A stretch of 63,427 nt of DNA, the filler included, from Choristocarpus tenellus KU-1152 (taxonomy: Eukaryota > Protista > Phaeophyceae), in the NCBI GenBank assembly GCA_964200185.2. It is 12 parts of 12 records of this genome, joined end to end, with 100 filler letters (N's around TTAATTAATTAA, not from the genome) between each part and the next. Parts side by side here need not be neighbours in the genome. Positions count along the whole stretch, not along the records: positions 11,023 to 14,185 come from CAXNAD020021851.1; positions 14,286 to 17,267 come from CAXNAD020023170.1; positions 17,368 to 19,971 come from CAXNAD020026349.1; positions 20,072 to 36,387 come from CAXNAD020000841.1; 8 more parts are not named here. The stretch is one strand, 5' to 3'. Numbering within the stretch: the first letter of the stretch is position 1; the number at the start of each line of letters is the position of its first letter. The notes beneath the pieces are model-generated. The model searched no databases. It had not been told where the DNA came from and saw nothing but the letters and a program-made list of their open reading frames with translations. Both the position numbers and the translations under genes were made by a program. Shown piece after piece: positions 12,784-25,817 of the stretch.

Positions 12784-13225
12784 GGCTCAAAGTACCTGTG
12801 AGGGGGTGGTGGCTGTCCATTTGGGATCAATTTTTCATGTCACGATTTTTGGGTGATATGGTTGAGCCAAAGTATCTTAGAGGGTAGAGCCGCGTCCATT
12901 TGGGGGTCAAAATACAATTTTGTGGTTTTGACGTAATTCTGGCTATCGTGTTTGTTAGGAAGTGTCCATATCTATGTTTCGGACAAACCTTTCATACGTA
13001 CACATTTTAACTACTCCGAAAGATTTTGGAGTCGGAAAATGTCATAAAAAAACCCATGGGAAGCCAAGCCCCACAAATGGACAAACAGGGAAAAATTCGT
13101 ACCCCCTAAGATAGTTTCACTCGGTTGCATACGTCGGGTGGTTACTGTAAATTCACCTTTCCTGATTTTGACCCAAATGGACACCCTTGTGTAGACCCCC
13201 CCCCCCCTCTCAGATACTTTGGGTC
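12784..13225 (+). mobile_element. MITE family B (~180 bp) split by a nested family A copy
   Basis: Left part GGCTCAAAGTACCTGTG...GATATGGTT and right part GCATACGTCGG...CAGATACTTTGGGTC rejoin to match the intact copy at 49728-49907. Confidence 0.85.
12864..13122 (+). mobile_element. MITE family A nested in MITE B
   Basis: Family A TIRs; TSD GGTT/GGTT. Confidence 0.92.
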
Positions 13226-16200
13226 TAATGTCATCTTTGGTGGCCCTGCTGGGGGCGGCGATGCTAAGTCTAGAGGACAGCACCTTGGCGGCAGTATACA
13301 CATAGAGATTTTTTGCAGCATTGGTGTGTGGTCGGGATGTGAACATGGGGGTATGCGCGACTGGTAGGGTTCTTTGCTGTATCCATCCTGGACCCGGCGT
13401 GAGGGTGGAACCGGACAAGTTCAACACCCAAACCTAACAATTGATCCGTGTTTTTGCTTAAGGCACACCTTGATCTCCGGGCAAGTCTTTCATTGCAGGT
13501 CTGCCTCCACCACCGCGGTGTATGTGTCGACGAACCCGTTCCATGTAACACGGGTGCTGTGTGAGTCCAACATACAAGGGCATTTCCAGATCGGATGAGA
13601 TTTCCAGTCGCACCTGTCACATATACGGTCAACACAAGAATTTTTGAAACTGCCCAAGGAACCGCCAGAGGACGGTTCGCGGAGGGGCTCCAGTACGGTC
13701 CTCTCGCATCTCTTTCGTTTCGATTAGTCCAAAAGTGATTTTTGGTGTCAGTGTAGAGGTCTGAGTATCGGATCGCACGTCACTAGTCAAGTCTGGCTGT
13801 AACTGCCACATATTTAGAGGACAGGGTGAAACGGTTTGAGAACGAGTGTGTAGTGTGTGTATCTACAGTGGGTTGATTATCCGGTTGTTGCTCCAGCTTG
13901 TCGTACTGACACATTGGCCACGTTGTGGGAGTGGTTTCGAAAAGGAGCTTACGGCAAGAAAGCCATCATATCAGCAGCACGTTCGAGTGCGGCCTCCACT
14001 TCTTCAGATCCGCATCCTTTGCCTTTGTCACAGAATACGTATGTTCATGTGCAAGCCCGTTGTCCATCGTCACCAATGATCATCCTCGCATGTACTTTCT
14101 TCCAGTTCTCTCTTAGGCACTGAACCTGAAGGTCGGTGGTCATAAGGTGAATGCAAACGCACGATCTATATCGTGTGGAAGAGTGNNNNNNNNNNNNNNN
14201 NNNNNNNNNNNNNNNNNNNNNNNNNNNNNTTAATTAATTAANNNNNNNNNNNNNNNNNNNNNNNNNNNNNNNNNNNNNNNNNNNNCCCACATCACGGGGG
14301 GGGGGGGGGGGCGGGGGGGGGGCTTCGGATAGGCGGGGATGGGTGGGGGGGGGGGGGTGGGGGGGGGGGTAGGGGCAGCAGTAGAGGAGGAAGAGGAGGA
14401 TCTATACAGCTAAATAGGGAGAGCCATATTGGGGGCTGAGGGAGTTGTTTGGTTGGGGATTGAGGGGAGTGTGGTGTGTGAGAGTGGAAGAGTTGGGGGG
14501 GGAAGGGAGTCGCATGGGTAATGCAATGTGCCCAACTATCAGAAGCAGACAGTGCTGCTGGTTAGAAGACTTAGAATGCCTTACTGGTTAGTGTTTGCTT
14601 GGCATTGCTTCTTTCAATATGAGTTTTGCTTTCCTGTGCCTAATAGTTTGTTGACCATACAGCCCTTGAGTTTTGTGAGAGTCTGAGTTGAGAAGTAGTC
14701 CACCGAGCTCAATGTGTTAAAAATGACTGGGATGGGGCTCACTCTCTTCCATTCTTTTATCCACGGCATTTGGTGATACAAGGTGTTCCTGGCATAACTC
14801 ATGACTGTGGTCCTTGCTGCTCACCTTGAACATTTTTTATTGTTTGCTGGGACTTAGGGGAGGGGTAGAGGAGGTCTACAAAGAGAGGAAAGTAATAAGT
14901 CGACAACGTGGGAAGGGTTTTTGTTTTGACCATTGGTTCTTCCTTTTGTGAGCATGATAAAAAAATTATAACATGGAGGTGCTTAGTGTTCTGTTGAGAT
15001 GCGCATGCAAGGCTGAGGGGTGAGGATGGTGGTGATTAGAAAAAGATGTCAAAATTGATTCGCATGCTAAGTAGTGTTTTCAATGAACCGAATTTTGTGA
15101 TTAAGTAGGTCCTACTTCGTGACTGGTTTGTTTGCCCTAGGCAGCGCAAAAGAATGGCCAGCGAGACAAACACGTGAATGGATGAAGTGCAAGGGCCTGT
15201 GGTTGCTGTGCGTTTTGCAATGTTTAGTCCTGTATCGTTCTCTTCTTGCGTACGATTTTGGCCCTAGTTTAATGACAAACTTATACAGCCATGGCAATGG
15301 TGGGTATGCTGTCTAGGTTGGGAGGTGGGCCTGAAGTGTGCCGATCAGCCTAACTTGTAGCTGGAGTTCTCTGCCTCTTTCGTTACTTACGCTTCCTTCT
15401 TATTGGAGAATGGGATGTGTATGGTAACTATGAATATATACAACTTTTGCTTGAACATTGAGGACAGAGTTGGGGTTGGCGGGTGGAGGGAAGAAGTCAA
15501 GGGACGCATGCACAACAGGCAAAATTTCCTGCTCATCCTGTTGCAAGTAAACAAATAGATAACTTGACGGATAAACGTAACTATAGTAGTATACAATTAC
15601 CCTTGTTCAGTAATAAAAAAATATATAGATGTCACTCATTCGTCATGGTATGGTCCTCTACTCCGAAAGATATCCGACTCACTCTCTTTGTATGATCTGT
15701 TGGTAAGTGGAGGTACCATAGAAAAATGAAAGTTGACAAATTTTTCCGATCATATTCTTACTATAAATGAGCGGGAAACCCTTACAGCCTTCTGCATACA
15801 ACTACCTAAAATAACAATACTAAATAATGCAACCGTGAGAGTAGAATAAATCAAGGATGACAATTGGAAACAGTGAACAGGATGTTGAAATTAAATCACA
15901 AAGGTTACCTTATCAGTGAGGAATGAGCATCCATCTGTACCACTACAAGCTGGTATAGGAATGGGAGTGAGGGCTTTCTGCCTTTCTATGTGATGCTTAC
16001 CACATGGAGCGCTTGAAGGTTGGTTGTAGGCTTAGTATATGTTATGGTACAACAAAGAGAAACTATTGTTGATATAATCTCAAATCATTTGTACCATTCC
16101 TTTCTATGTATTGTGTCATACCGCTCAGCTGATTTCCAAGTGGGTAGTAAGCAAGAAATTTGGGGAATAGGACTAAATTTTTTATTATTACTTCACTTAC

Positions 16201-17589
16201 TGCAAGGTCCGACGGTCACCAAAACGCCACATACATAGAACTGCTAAACAAGGGTTCAATCTATTGTTGCTGAATGATCAGGATTGTATATGTTGACTTC
16301 TGACTACTTTTTCATCAAATACATACATGGTGAATGGTTGCTGTTTTTTTATATCTTTTCCCAACATGTAAAGTACTATGGAATGAGGTATGTTACTTTA
16401 AAACGCCTCTCAAGGTGTGGAAACCCTTTTACTTCGTTCTTTCCAGTCTATTACAGCCAAGTGCATGTAAATATCGTGATCGCGGAAAAAGTCTCATACT
16501 CGCGCGTCTGGATGTGAATGCATATGCGGAAGATGACGAAAACCCAATACTTCGTATATTACGTAGGTATGAAGGGTGACGTCGTGTACTCGACATAGTA
16601 TCGAATCAGTTGGTTTGAGATCGTAATATTTAGTTTTAAACAACACTTCTTCACCACTAACAACAAATAGGCTGAAGGCGTCTCATAGAACATTAAAGTA
16701 TCAAAGAAATATTCCATCAAATGTTTTGAAGAGTAAAATCTCACATGCAATCTGCAATATGTGTACATAACCCAGGACAAAATACCCTATCACCATTCAT
16801 ACAACAGATTACCAAAACCAATTTTTTGTTTTCTACTACCTCGCAAGGTTTTTAGCGTACAATTTTTGGCTCACCTAAAATGTAGTAAAACCAAAAGCCG
16901 TATCCATCCAACTTCATATTCAATTATTTTCTGGGCAGAACTATACGTGACCAATTTAGTGTAGGATTTTTCCCAACCCAATTGCATTTTTTTTCACTAG
17001 TAGTGGCTCTCAGCGTTGTCTGTTGTGTCCTGTTCATTGTATACATACTTTTTTCCCGTTACCAATAACAATGTCGAAGAGTAGTACGTAGACGCTGCCT
17101 AGTATGGTACAAAGTTTGGCCGCTACGTACATACGTACCACCTCTAACAAGAAAGATGATCATGATATTATCTTATCAACCTGGATAACTTCTTCTTTTT
17201 CTTCTTCCTATTATTAGTAAGCGTGCCAAAACTACACGACGGCAATGACAGTCATTAGCACCAAAAANNNNNNNNNNNNNNNNNNNNNNNNNNNNNNNNN
17301 NNNNNNNNNNNTTAATTAATTAANNNNNNNNNNNNNNNNNNNNNNNNNNNNNNNNNNNNNNNNNNNNGCCAGACTGCGCCCGCAGGTGTCTTATTGCACT
17401 ATGACCCACAGCTGTCTCTAAAAGTGTTAATCACAGCACAACCAAACACACTTTCACATCAATCATTGTCTGCTTGAGTAAAACATGTCATCAGACCTAC
17501 CAGAACAAATTGATCAGTGCTTTCTCGCACTATGATACCCTTCGTTATGAACTAGACACACCACAACAATGCACAACTCATATGAAATC

Positions 17590-19200
17590 GGGTTTCAACA
17601 CTCCTCCCTCCCTAGGGACCTGCTAGCGGTGAGTTTAAACTCTGTGGGGAGGATCTGGCATGCCGGCTCCAGGGGTTATGTTGAGGCCCATGCATTTGCC
17701 CCTTGTCTACACTGACTTTGGTGGCATGCCGGGGCTAGTGCGGAGCATTCCTTCCCCTGTTCCACTTCATTTGGTAAGGTAGCTAATTGTATCCAGAAGG
17801 AGTCAAAACGGATCCTGTTCAGGAGGCGAGTAATCTCGTGTTGAGTCCTCCTTGTGATCCTGACATCATGGGCTGCTAGAATTGTGGACCTCTGGGGCAG
17901 GTGTGGGAGATGTTGTTCCCCCCCTGGTTACCCAGTCTTGGCCAATGATTTCCGCCAAGTCTTATGAGGGGACACCTGTAGAGAGGAGGGTGTGGATGGA
18001 TGATCACAAGGCCCGTACTGTGGGGCTCTCACAAATGGTTTGTGGGAAGGAGTCACCATGGGGCCCTTGCTGCCTTGCTAGGAGGGTGGGGATAGTAGCC
18101 ACCATTGATCCTACGAATGCTGCATGTTGGCGGTGGTTAATAGCGGAGAGGCTCAACCCCCCTGCACTTGTGGGTATCTGTGCCTGCACTTGTTGGTGGG
18201 TCTCTAGGCAGGGAGACCCATTGTTACACCCCCCCTCAAAAACATTCAATGCCTCTGTTGAGTCTGCTACCTCCATTATATTCTCTCTGGTATCCATAAC
18301 GAGGTGTTGTCTGCTTGCTCCATGGTGGAGTGTGCCAGGTGGGGGGGAGTGATCCTAGCTAGATAGCCTAGGCAGGAGGAAAGGGATCAGAAGTTGAGGA
18401 GCCAGGCGACTTGTTTGTTCTCCATCTCGCTGAGGTGTGTGGCCAATTGTTTGTAACCTAGAGACCTCTCAATCACCTCAGCCATGTGGGATTGAATGAA
18501 TCTATCTGTTCCCACACGGGCCCCCAATGTAACAACCCATTTGGGTTCGGGGCCAAGTTGATTCCCACTGTAGAGAAAGAAGCTCCAGTCCTGAGGGCGT
18601 GGGTTGGTGGCCCTGGGGAGGTGCGGCAAAGGAGCCAAATTATCTTAGAGGGTAGAGCCGCGTCCAATTAGGGACCAAAATCCAATGTTGCGATTTTGAT
18701 GTAATTTGGCTTTCGTGTTTGTTAGGAAGTGTCCATATCTTTGTTTCGGACACACCTTTCATAACGTATACATTTTACCTACTCCTAAACATTTTGGAGT
18801 AGGAAAATGTAATAAAAAAAACTCACAGGAAGTCAAGCCCCAAATGGACAAACAGGGCAAAACTCGTACCCTCTGAGATACTTTCACTCAAAGGTCTTGT
18901 CCATATTCAGGGCAATGCCTACCTTATGAAGACAGTTTTTAACTGCTCAAAAGCAGCCACGGTGTTGGGGCCGATCTCCCTTGCCGAAATGGACGTGTCA
19001 TCCTGCTAGGTTCGGTAAGAAACTCCCTGGGGACCAAAGGCAGACAGGACCCACTTTAGGGCTTTGTGTGTTGCCATGGTGGTGACCCAGAGCTGCAGCA
19101 CGTTCCTGGCGGGATTTGGGGTCCTCTCCAGGGGGCTCCCTACGTCTGCTGGTCCTCTGGGATCGTTCTAGTAGCCATGCTACCAAACCTTAGATGTTTC
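17590..19200 (-). mobile_element. Decayed non-LTR retrotransposon, CRE-like (RLE type)
   Basis: Fragments VVTLGARVGTDRFIQ...LSEMENKQVAWLL and QAQIPTSAGGLSLSAINHRQHAAFVGS resemble the post-RT motifs (VLG.P.G...F; Q.QLP...GGLGL.S.....AAF..S) of CRE-clade elements; many stops and frameshifts. Confidence 0.65.
18632..18889 (+). mobile_element. MITE family A inserted in the CRE-like relic
   Basis: Family A TIRs; TSD AAAG/AAAG. Confidence 0.92.
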
Positions 19201-19773
19201 CTGATGCTACAAGGGCAAACCTTTCCTCCCTCGAGAACTTTCCATCATTTTCCAGCAAGAGGCCAGAGACCATATGGAACAGTTGTTCGTAGTTATTGCT
19301 GCTGATACAATATAGACACCATCGGTGGAGTAGATTAGGAAATACAGAACCCACTGGTGGAGTAATGGAGGAAAGGTAGAGTCAGGTATATGTTTCCGCA
19401 TATTTCAGTTGAGCTGTGCACAACGTTCATGTAAGGTAGTTCTGTTACAGGGTGGAAGTCTCGGTAGGACCTCCATGTTACAGGCGCCCCCGAAAGCTTA
19501 CCTCCACAGGATGTATAGCTTCAATCTACGAGCCTATAGATGATACTGATGTATGCATAGGACTCCTGATGCACAAGTGATCAAGTATGCTGAATGTCTC
19601 AATTGGATTATCATCAATATCATCGTATACCAAGGAACTGGTCGACGATATGTCTTATCACAATCGGGGACCATAATGATCAAATAATAAATAAATAGTC
19701 AAGAACTACAAATATATCAAATCCAGAAGTTCAATGTCATAATGGTGTTTATGAAACCGTCATCAAGACATGT

Positions 19774-19800
19774 GAGTCAAATTATCTTAGAGGGAAGAGC
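19774..19800 (+). repeat. Solo terminal fragment of MITE family A
   Basis: GAGTCAAATTATCTTAGAGGGAAGAGC with no following body. Confidence 0.6.
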
Positions 19801-21040
19801 TGTTCGATTAGACTCTTCCAACTCTATCGGACAGTTCCGGTAAAATATGTATGGAGTAATGGAACAATCAATTAGTGGTTGAGTTATCAGAACCTTTTAC
19901 TAGTGATTAGTTGAATGAGAATTTTTCTCATATAAAATAAAATGTTTATGATTTTATAGGGCCTTGCATGCNNNNNNNNNNNNNNNNNNNNNNNNNNNNN
20001 NNNNNNNNNNNNNNNTTAATTAATTAANNNNNNNNNNNNNNNNNNNNNNNNNNNNNNNNNNNNNNNNNNNNGACACCAAGCAATCTCGCCAGGTTTATCA
20101 CCTTTATGTTCTTTGATGATTTTGGGGATACTTTAACAAAGCTCCCCAAACAACAATCTCTTAGGAAGGCGCTCATCCCCTATGCAAGCAACTGATCCAA
20201 CAAATAATAAGAGTCTCCGCTTGCGCACCGTTGACTTGATACTCTCACACATAATGTTCATAAAGATCATTTTAGGATAGGATGTGATACGTTCCATTTA
20301 GTGGAAACCTACGCAGTGGAGGAAGAATATGTGGTGGTGGGTGGTAGCAGAGCTTAGAAAACGACCCTGGGCAGGTGTCCACGCCATACAACCATATATA
20401 CAACAGAAGTTCAACTACTTTAGGTTTGGATATTCGAAACTTACACTCGAGTGAGACATGTAAGAACATGTCATAGACCGACCACTTGCGTGTATTTTGC
20501 AAAAACAACTCCAAGCTTTCTATATCCTTTGGTTGATCTCAACAGTATACGTGTAAGTCTGGGAAAGGGTTTCTTATTGGTTTTGAATGAATCATTTGTG
20601 GGCGAGAGATTTAACACATTCACGACTGGCGAGGACGAGAAGAGAATACACCATTACCAAAGAGAATGGGGCTCGATACCCCTAGGAACGAGAGGCAAGC
20701 CACGTAAAGATGGACTCTCCCACATATTGAGAAATTCTGGAACAGGGACCAGATAAGGAGTTTTCTGGTAGAAGCTACACTCTGTGTTGCAGCAGACCCC
20801 CTCCAAATTACAACATTTTTTCATCTTGATAGGCGCAAAACCCCACAACGGAGGAGAAGCGAGGTGAGAAGGGCATTCATTCGATTACTCAGGAAAGAGT
20901 GAACAAGTGGAAAGCGAATGAGGGGGGTTTGCAAGGTCCTTGGTGATATGGTTGGGATGTGTTCAAGAACAATGGTGAGAGTCAGTTCTAATGTTTAAAA
21001 AATGGATATACTTGCACTTACCAACACTTACTTTTTGCAG

Positions 21041-24000
21041 GGTGCTACTCAAGGGTAAAGCGTCCCATAGGTACTCGCACAATTGTGGGGAAATGACCCA
21101 ACTTCGTCTTTATTACGTTATCACAAAACAGGCTGATCGCTGTCTCGTACCCACATGGGTCGAAGGTACACGCCATTCTATAAGTTGGATGGCGGCATCG
21201 CAAAGGTAGGTAGGTATTGATACTTTTTTGTTGTTTTCCTCCTAGTAGTGCACAAACAACTCAAGGCTCTAGAAAAGGCTGCATGTCTAATACGGAGAGT
21301 TGATATTGGGGTTTTCAGTATCAATTGTTTTTTTAAATGTGCACCTCAAGAAATATTGGGAGGTTGCCTTTTGGTTGAAGAAGGGGGGGTTTACAGGTGA
21401 GTGTGATAACTTGAGGTCTACCACTAAACACACAACAAAAATCCACCATGCTGGAGATGGGTTTTTCACAGTCATGCCACACCAGAGAACCAAAAACCAT
21501 TTTACGTTAAGAAAACCTCATATAAATTATACGATCATCGACAAACACCGACACCCTGATTTCATCAAGATACACCCATGTGGAAGAAGGTGTATTTTTC
21601 ATTCCAAGAAAACCATGTTGTTCTATATCATTATTTATTTTATAGTTTATATTATAATTCATTCTTACATGTGTCTAACATGTAAGGTAGAGAGGAACAG
21701 TATGAATGATCAGATCCATAATAATATAATATTTATTATATATATTAAAGTTAAGAATAGAGGAAGGCATACATAGAATTAGACGAAAAAAGTGCGTTCC
21801 AGTAAAGACCAAATAGAAGGGAAACAAAACAGATCCAGTTCCTCCAATACCTGTCAATTGGAACAGTTCGCAACAAGGATGATGACATCAAAGAAAAAAA
21901 ATCATGCAAAAGGTTCTAAACAAACGATTGTTATCCAAAATAGTAGACAGAGAAAGAATCAATGAAGATTCTGACCGGAATCAAAACTAAGAATTGATAG
22001 TGGTTCTGATAACTACATTTGATGAACATTTTGAGAGGAATTGGGAGGAATAGTCCATACATGGTTATCATCACTGAATAAAGACGAGGACATCTGCAAA
22101 ATGTCAGAGGGCATAATAATATATAAGACGAGGACTATCGACAAGACTCTTGACCGGTAAACATATCCGAACGACAAAAAATCCTTGATGAACTCTCAAT
22201 CTAAGATGCGTTACCAGAGGTGTCGGTAGGATTCGAAAAGGAAAGAATATGAATGAGCGTGTCAGTCTTAGGTGTGCCACTGGTGGTGTCCCTCAGACCT
22301 GCTTGCCACATTATCATGCCCCCAACGAGGTGAGGCTCCCAAGCTCACGCCGACAACAATGCTGACCCAGTCGCGTGAGAACAGGGCAGGGTGATAAAAC
22401 AGACCGACACACAAATGGGTGATGAAACTGGCTCTTGTTGCATGATGAGGCATGAATCCATCATACAACAAAGGCACTTTGTGGTGTTCCACAATTAATT
22501 GACTAGCCAAATAGTAACAGACAAGGAGTTTCCCATATGGGTTGTTCCTGTGTAGTGTCCTCCAATTCAGGGGAGTCAAAAAATGACTGAAAAGAGTTAC
22601 CCACATGGATTTTCCCTATGTAGTATCCATTGAAATGGGGATCAATATTGTCCTCTGACACATTTTGCAGATGAGTTAGGGGAAAAGCCAAACCAATGTC
22701 ACAAGGCCCCTGTAAAAGTAACGGTTGCCGTATTCGTGAAAGGATATCTCTCTAAAATATATGACTGTTTAACACCAGCTATACTAAAACACTCTCTTTA
22801 AGCCTGGTAATTACATTGTTATGTATGTGTACATTGCTGCTATGCCTCCAACATAGCTTAGCCCTACAACACAGGGCGAGGAGCTAGGGAAGCATCCCAA
22901 AAATATGACAGGCCCCTCCTTGCTTATCTGCCTGGTGTCTCCAGGTTGAAACGAATGACGTGTCTCAAGAGAGCCACTTGTTGTGTAGTGACAGACATTA
23001 TCTTTCGACAGAGGGATTTGACAGCCCCTTTCCTGCTATAGCGTCCTGCCCCTCTCACCCCTACTGCGTGTATAGCCATCTCATCCACATATTCATGATT
23101 CATCACTCTGAATTCATTGGTGCTTCAGTGAACTATGTCACCCCCTCATATACAATTTTTCAGACTTCTACACTGAGGACTACTTGAGAACCAACGATTC
23201 ATTCAGTTCAAGGAAGTTTGACGGTAACTTTAAATGTGGCCAGGTCATTCGGGCTGACTGTGTGTCAGAGTTGAAGACAGAAACCACGTGCGTTTGATCT
23301 CCTGATAAGACCGAAAAGATCCTACAGACCTGGGTGTTGGAATTATAGGCAGACCAACAAGTTTGTTTGCCTAAGAGGCACCATCAGTGATGAAGTTCCT
23401 ATCTCTGCCGAGATCAGTTGAAAGGTCCAAAAAGCTTGAAGTTGCTTCTGCAAATACAGGGAAGTGGTCTATGATAGGACTTCAGTTGTATCACACGAGC
23501 TTAATATTTGAATGATCAAGTCTGAAGTACTTGAGGATCTGCTGTATGGTTATATGACGTGGACTCTCCGCCAGATCTACCATTTAAAGGTTCACCCTTA
23601 ACACAACACATCCCTCCTACATTGTATCAGATTTCGCAACTGGGAAGGTATCGATCATACACTGTGGTACAATGGTGCCACGATGAAGACTGGGTGAGAG
23701 TATTGAGGCGACTATGTAAGAACATGTCAGAATCAGTTGCACACATGGAACATTAATTACCTCCAAAGGGTCAAAGTATCTGGGGGGGGTGTCGGCGTCT
23801 GTTTTTCACCCTTTTTTCGATTTTAACTTTATTAGTGTGATTTAGTCGCCGTGTCGGATTTGAAATGTCAGTAAAAAAAAGAGTTGTTTGAGAGAAACGG
23901 ACGCCCCCTCACAACCCCCCCCCCCAGATACTTTGACCCAAAGGTGTTGACTTTGGGGGAGCTTGCAGATGGAAAAAGGAAGCAAGGTGGGACAGGAGAA

Positions 24001-24850
24001 AGAACTGATCGATGTAGCAGCAAGACGACCTTGAGAATTTTGGGATTAAAGTTTGGGGATGGAGCACAAGGGGAACCAACAGAGGTAGTACAAGTGTTTG
24101 GTAGATGGCACATGGGTTTCAAGGCACACGGGCATTCCAAAGAAGCTGTGATAGCTGGTGTGTGTCACGCCAAAGCGGCAGCTAAGGCAGCCCAAGCAAC
24201 CACCACCACCACTATTATTGCTGAATGGTGCTTTCTCATTATAGTTCTCTTTTGGGTTGATTATTCTTGGATCCTTCTTTTTCCCTTCCCTTTCCTTTCT
24301 TTTGGGTGACATGTAATAGTGGTGTTCTTTCAGATTGGATAGTTGTGTTAGTTTCTGTTGTGAAGACTGGACTTGGTAGTATTGAGTCAATTGTGTGAAA
24401 ATGGAGGCTCTTGTTGCAGGTTCAGTTGAAAGCACAGTGGATGAGAGATTACCAAAGGCGTTGATGTTTTGTGAACTTGTGGGTAGAAAGCGAAGGCAAT
24501 GTGGATAAGAGAAGGTCAGGAGTTGGATATGCAGTTATTGAAAAGTGCTCATAACCCACATCTTGACCTCGACCATCACTGACCTCAACGTTCTATGCAC
24601 ACCATATGTCTCCGCTGTGGGATCCCTCACATAAATTTGGCATTCCATTTTTGCTGAACTTTTGACTCGTCTTTTCAACAACCAGTAAAGGTCCCTTTCA
24701 TATACTTGAATAACTGGGGTAATATCTCAAAACTAATTATTTGTACCTCCCTTGTATCTCCAACCTACTTCCTATTTTTGCTACTTGCTACTGATTGAAC
24801 ATGTTGCACATACTTCAAGATGGGCGATGGCTTATGGGTTCAGCACTTGA
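21041..24850 (+). CDS. Putative 3' exons of an unknown protein: 21041-21205, 23207-23287, 23631-23693, 24820-24850
   Basis: AG/GT-bounded segments all join in phase 2 without stops: VLLKGKASHRY...WMAASQ / SRKFDGNFKCGQVIRADCVSELKTET / FRNWEGIDHTLWYNGATMKTG / WAMAYGFST*. No family recognised; other exons may be missing. Confidence 0.4.
22924..23110 (-). mobile_element. C-terminal remnant of an RLE-type (CRE-like) non-LTR element
   Basis: EMAIHAVG...RKGAVKSLCRKIMSVTTQQVALLRHVIRFNL resembles the C-terminal end of such elements as I recall them from brown algal genomes. Confidence 0.4.
23768..23939. mobile_element. MITE family C (172 bp, complete)
   Basis: TIR GGGTCAAAGTATCTGGGGGGGG / CCCCCCCCAGATACTTTGACCC; flanked by AAA/AAA; other ends at 36488-36504, 48217-48316 and 59301-59345. 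Confidence 0.88.
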
Positions 24851-25817
24851 CTTATTGAAAGCTCAACAAACATAACTTATAGTAAAGGTCCCAAGAGTGG
24901 CAAGAGGGTGTGATGAATGACTTCCTGCCTTCACTTGAGAGGATTGGTGGAGTGATTCTATACTTTTTCGACACGTGGTCCTCTGCTATGAGGCTTGACC
25001 TTTGTTCAGCTGATTGAGAGGGTTGTTTGCGATGATTGCGTTAGGGTGACCCCAACCTCTCAGCTTCAATCATGACCCTGGTCCCTGTATCAGAGTGTGC
25101 TCAGTACAAAACTAAAACTACTACGTAATATTATTGTGGCAAAATATGTCAGGCGCCCAGTATACAGGCATACTGGTATATATCCATGCCTGGCAGATAC
25201 AGCATATGACTGTGTCACGCTGTTCAACAGTCACAATCATAAAAAATACACTTTTGAGTGTATTTACACACACGAAAAACTGCACAAATTAATGCTGCCA
25301 TCTTCAATTTCAAGGTGTATCTTTCATTCAACATGGATACATCTGTTATGATATATAGGGGGCACGGCACAGAGAACAGACACCCAAATTTCTGATATCT
25401 AAGCAATAAGACAAATATAGAAGTAACTCTTCCTATATTATATCTGTAACGTGAAAGCACCAAATCACGAAGTAGGCAAAGCAAAGGTTGGCTAATAAAG
25501 ACTCCTGAGGTTGCTTGACCTTACATGCAAAAAGAGCAAAAAACCCCGCCCTCAGTAGCAGGAAACCCAGTCAGATTTGCAGATAGAGGTCAGGTGAGAG
25601 AGCAATAGACATCGAAAATGTGTCTGTGACACCTCTACAACATTCTTGTCCTATGGCAATCCTCAATATCAAGTAATATCAGGTCACAGGATCTTTGTGA
25701 CCTTCCTTTGGTGTAAGGTATATATGCCTTGCCACACTTTCTTCTACCGAGGTCTCCTGCTGTGCTACTACTGTGATATGTCTCATCCTTTCCTCCTGCA
25801 CCATGTGATACCACTCC

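Larger units (their letters stand above)
11045..14185 (-). mobile_element. Decayed Sola2-type DDD transposase, interrupted by MITEs
   Basis: After removing MITEs the minus strand reads CKSCLPKGHTAMSMDFSARLQHNHQD (~12250), SEDQSQDNDFV, LHIWSDGCGIQFKNRW (~11700), then after a frameshift VHNFFASCHGKSLSDGVSAVAK (~11580). This is the DF / SDGC..QFKN / FF...HGK...DG signature of Sola2 transposases. Several stops and frameshifts; the part upstream of ~13230 is assigned by position only. Confidence 0.8.

Noticed and set aside
14286-17267. Scattered plus-strand exon candidates (~15460-15545, ~16457-16566)
   Set aside because: Splice signals are plausible, but there is no consistent chain or homology, so they were not annotated.
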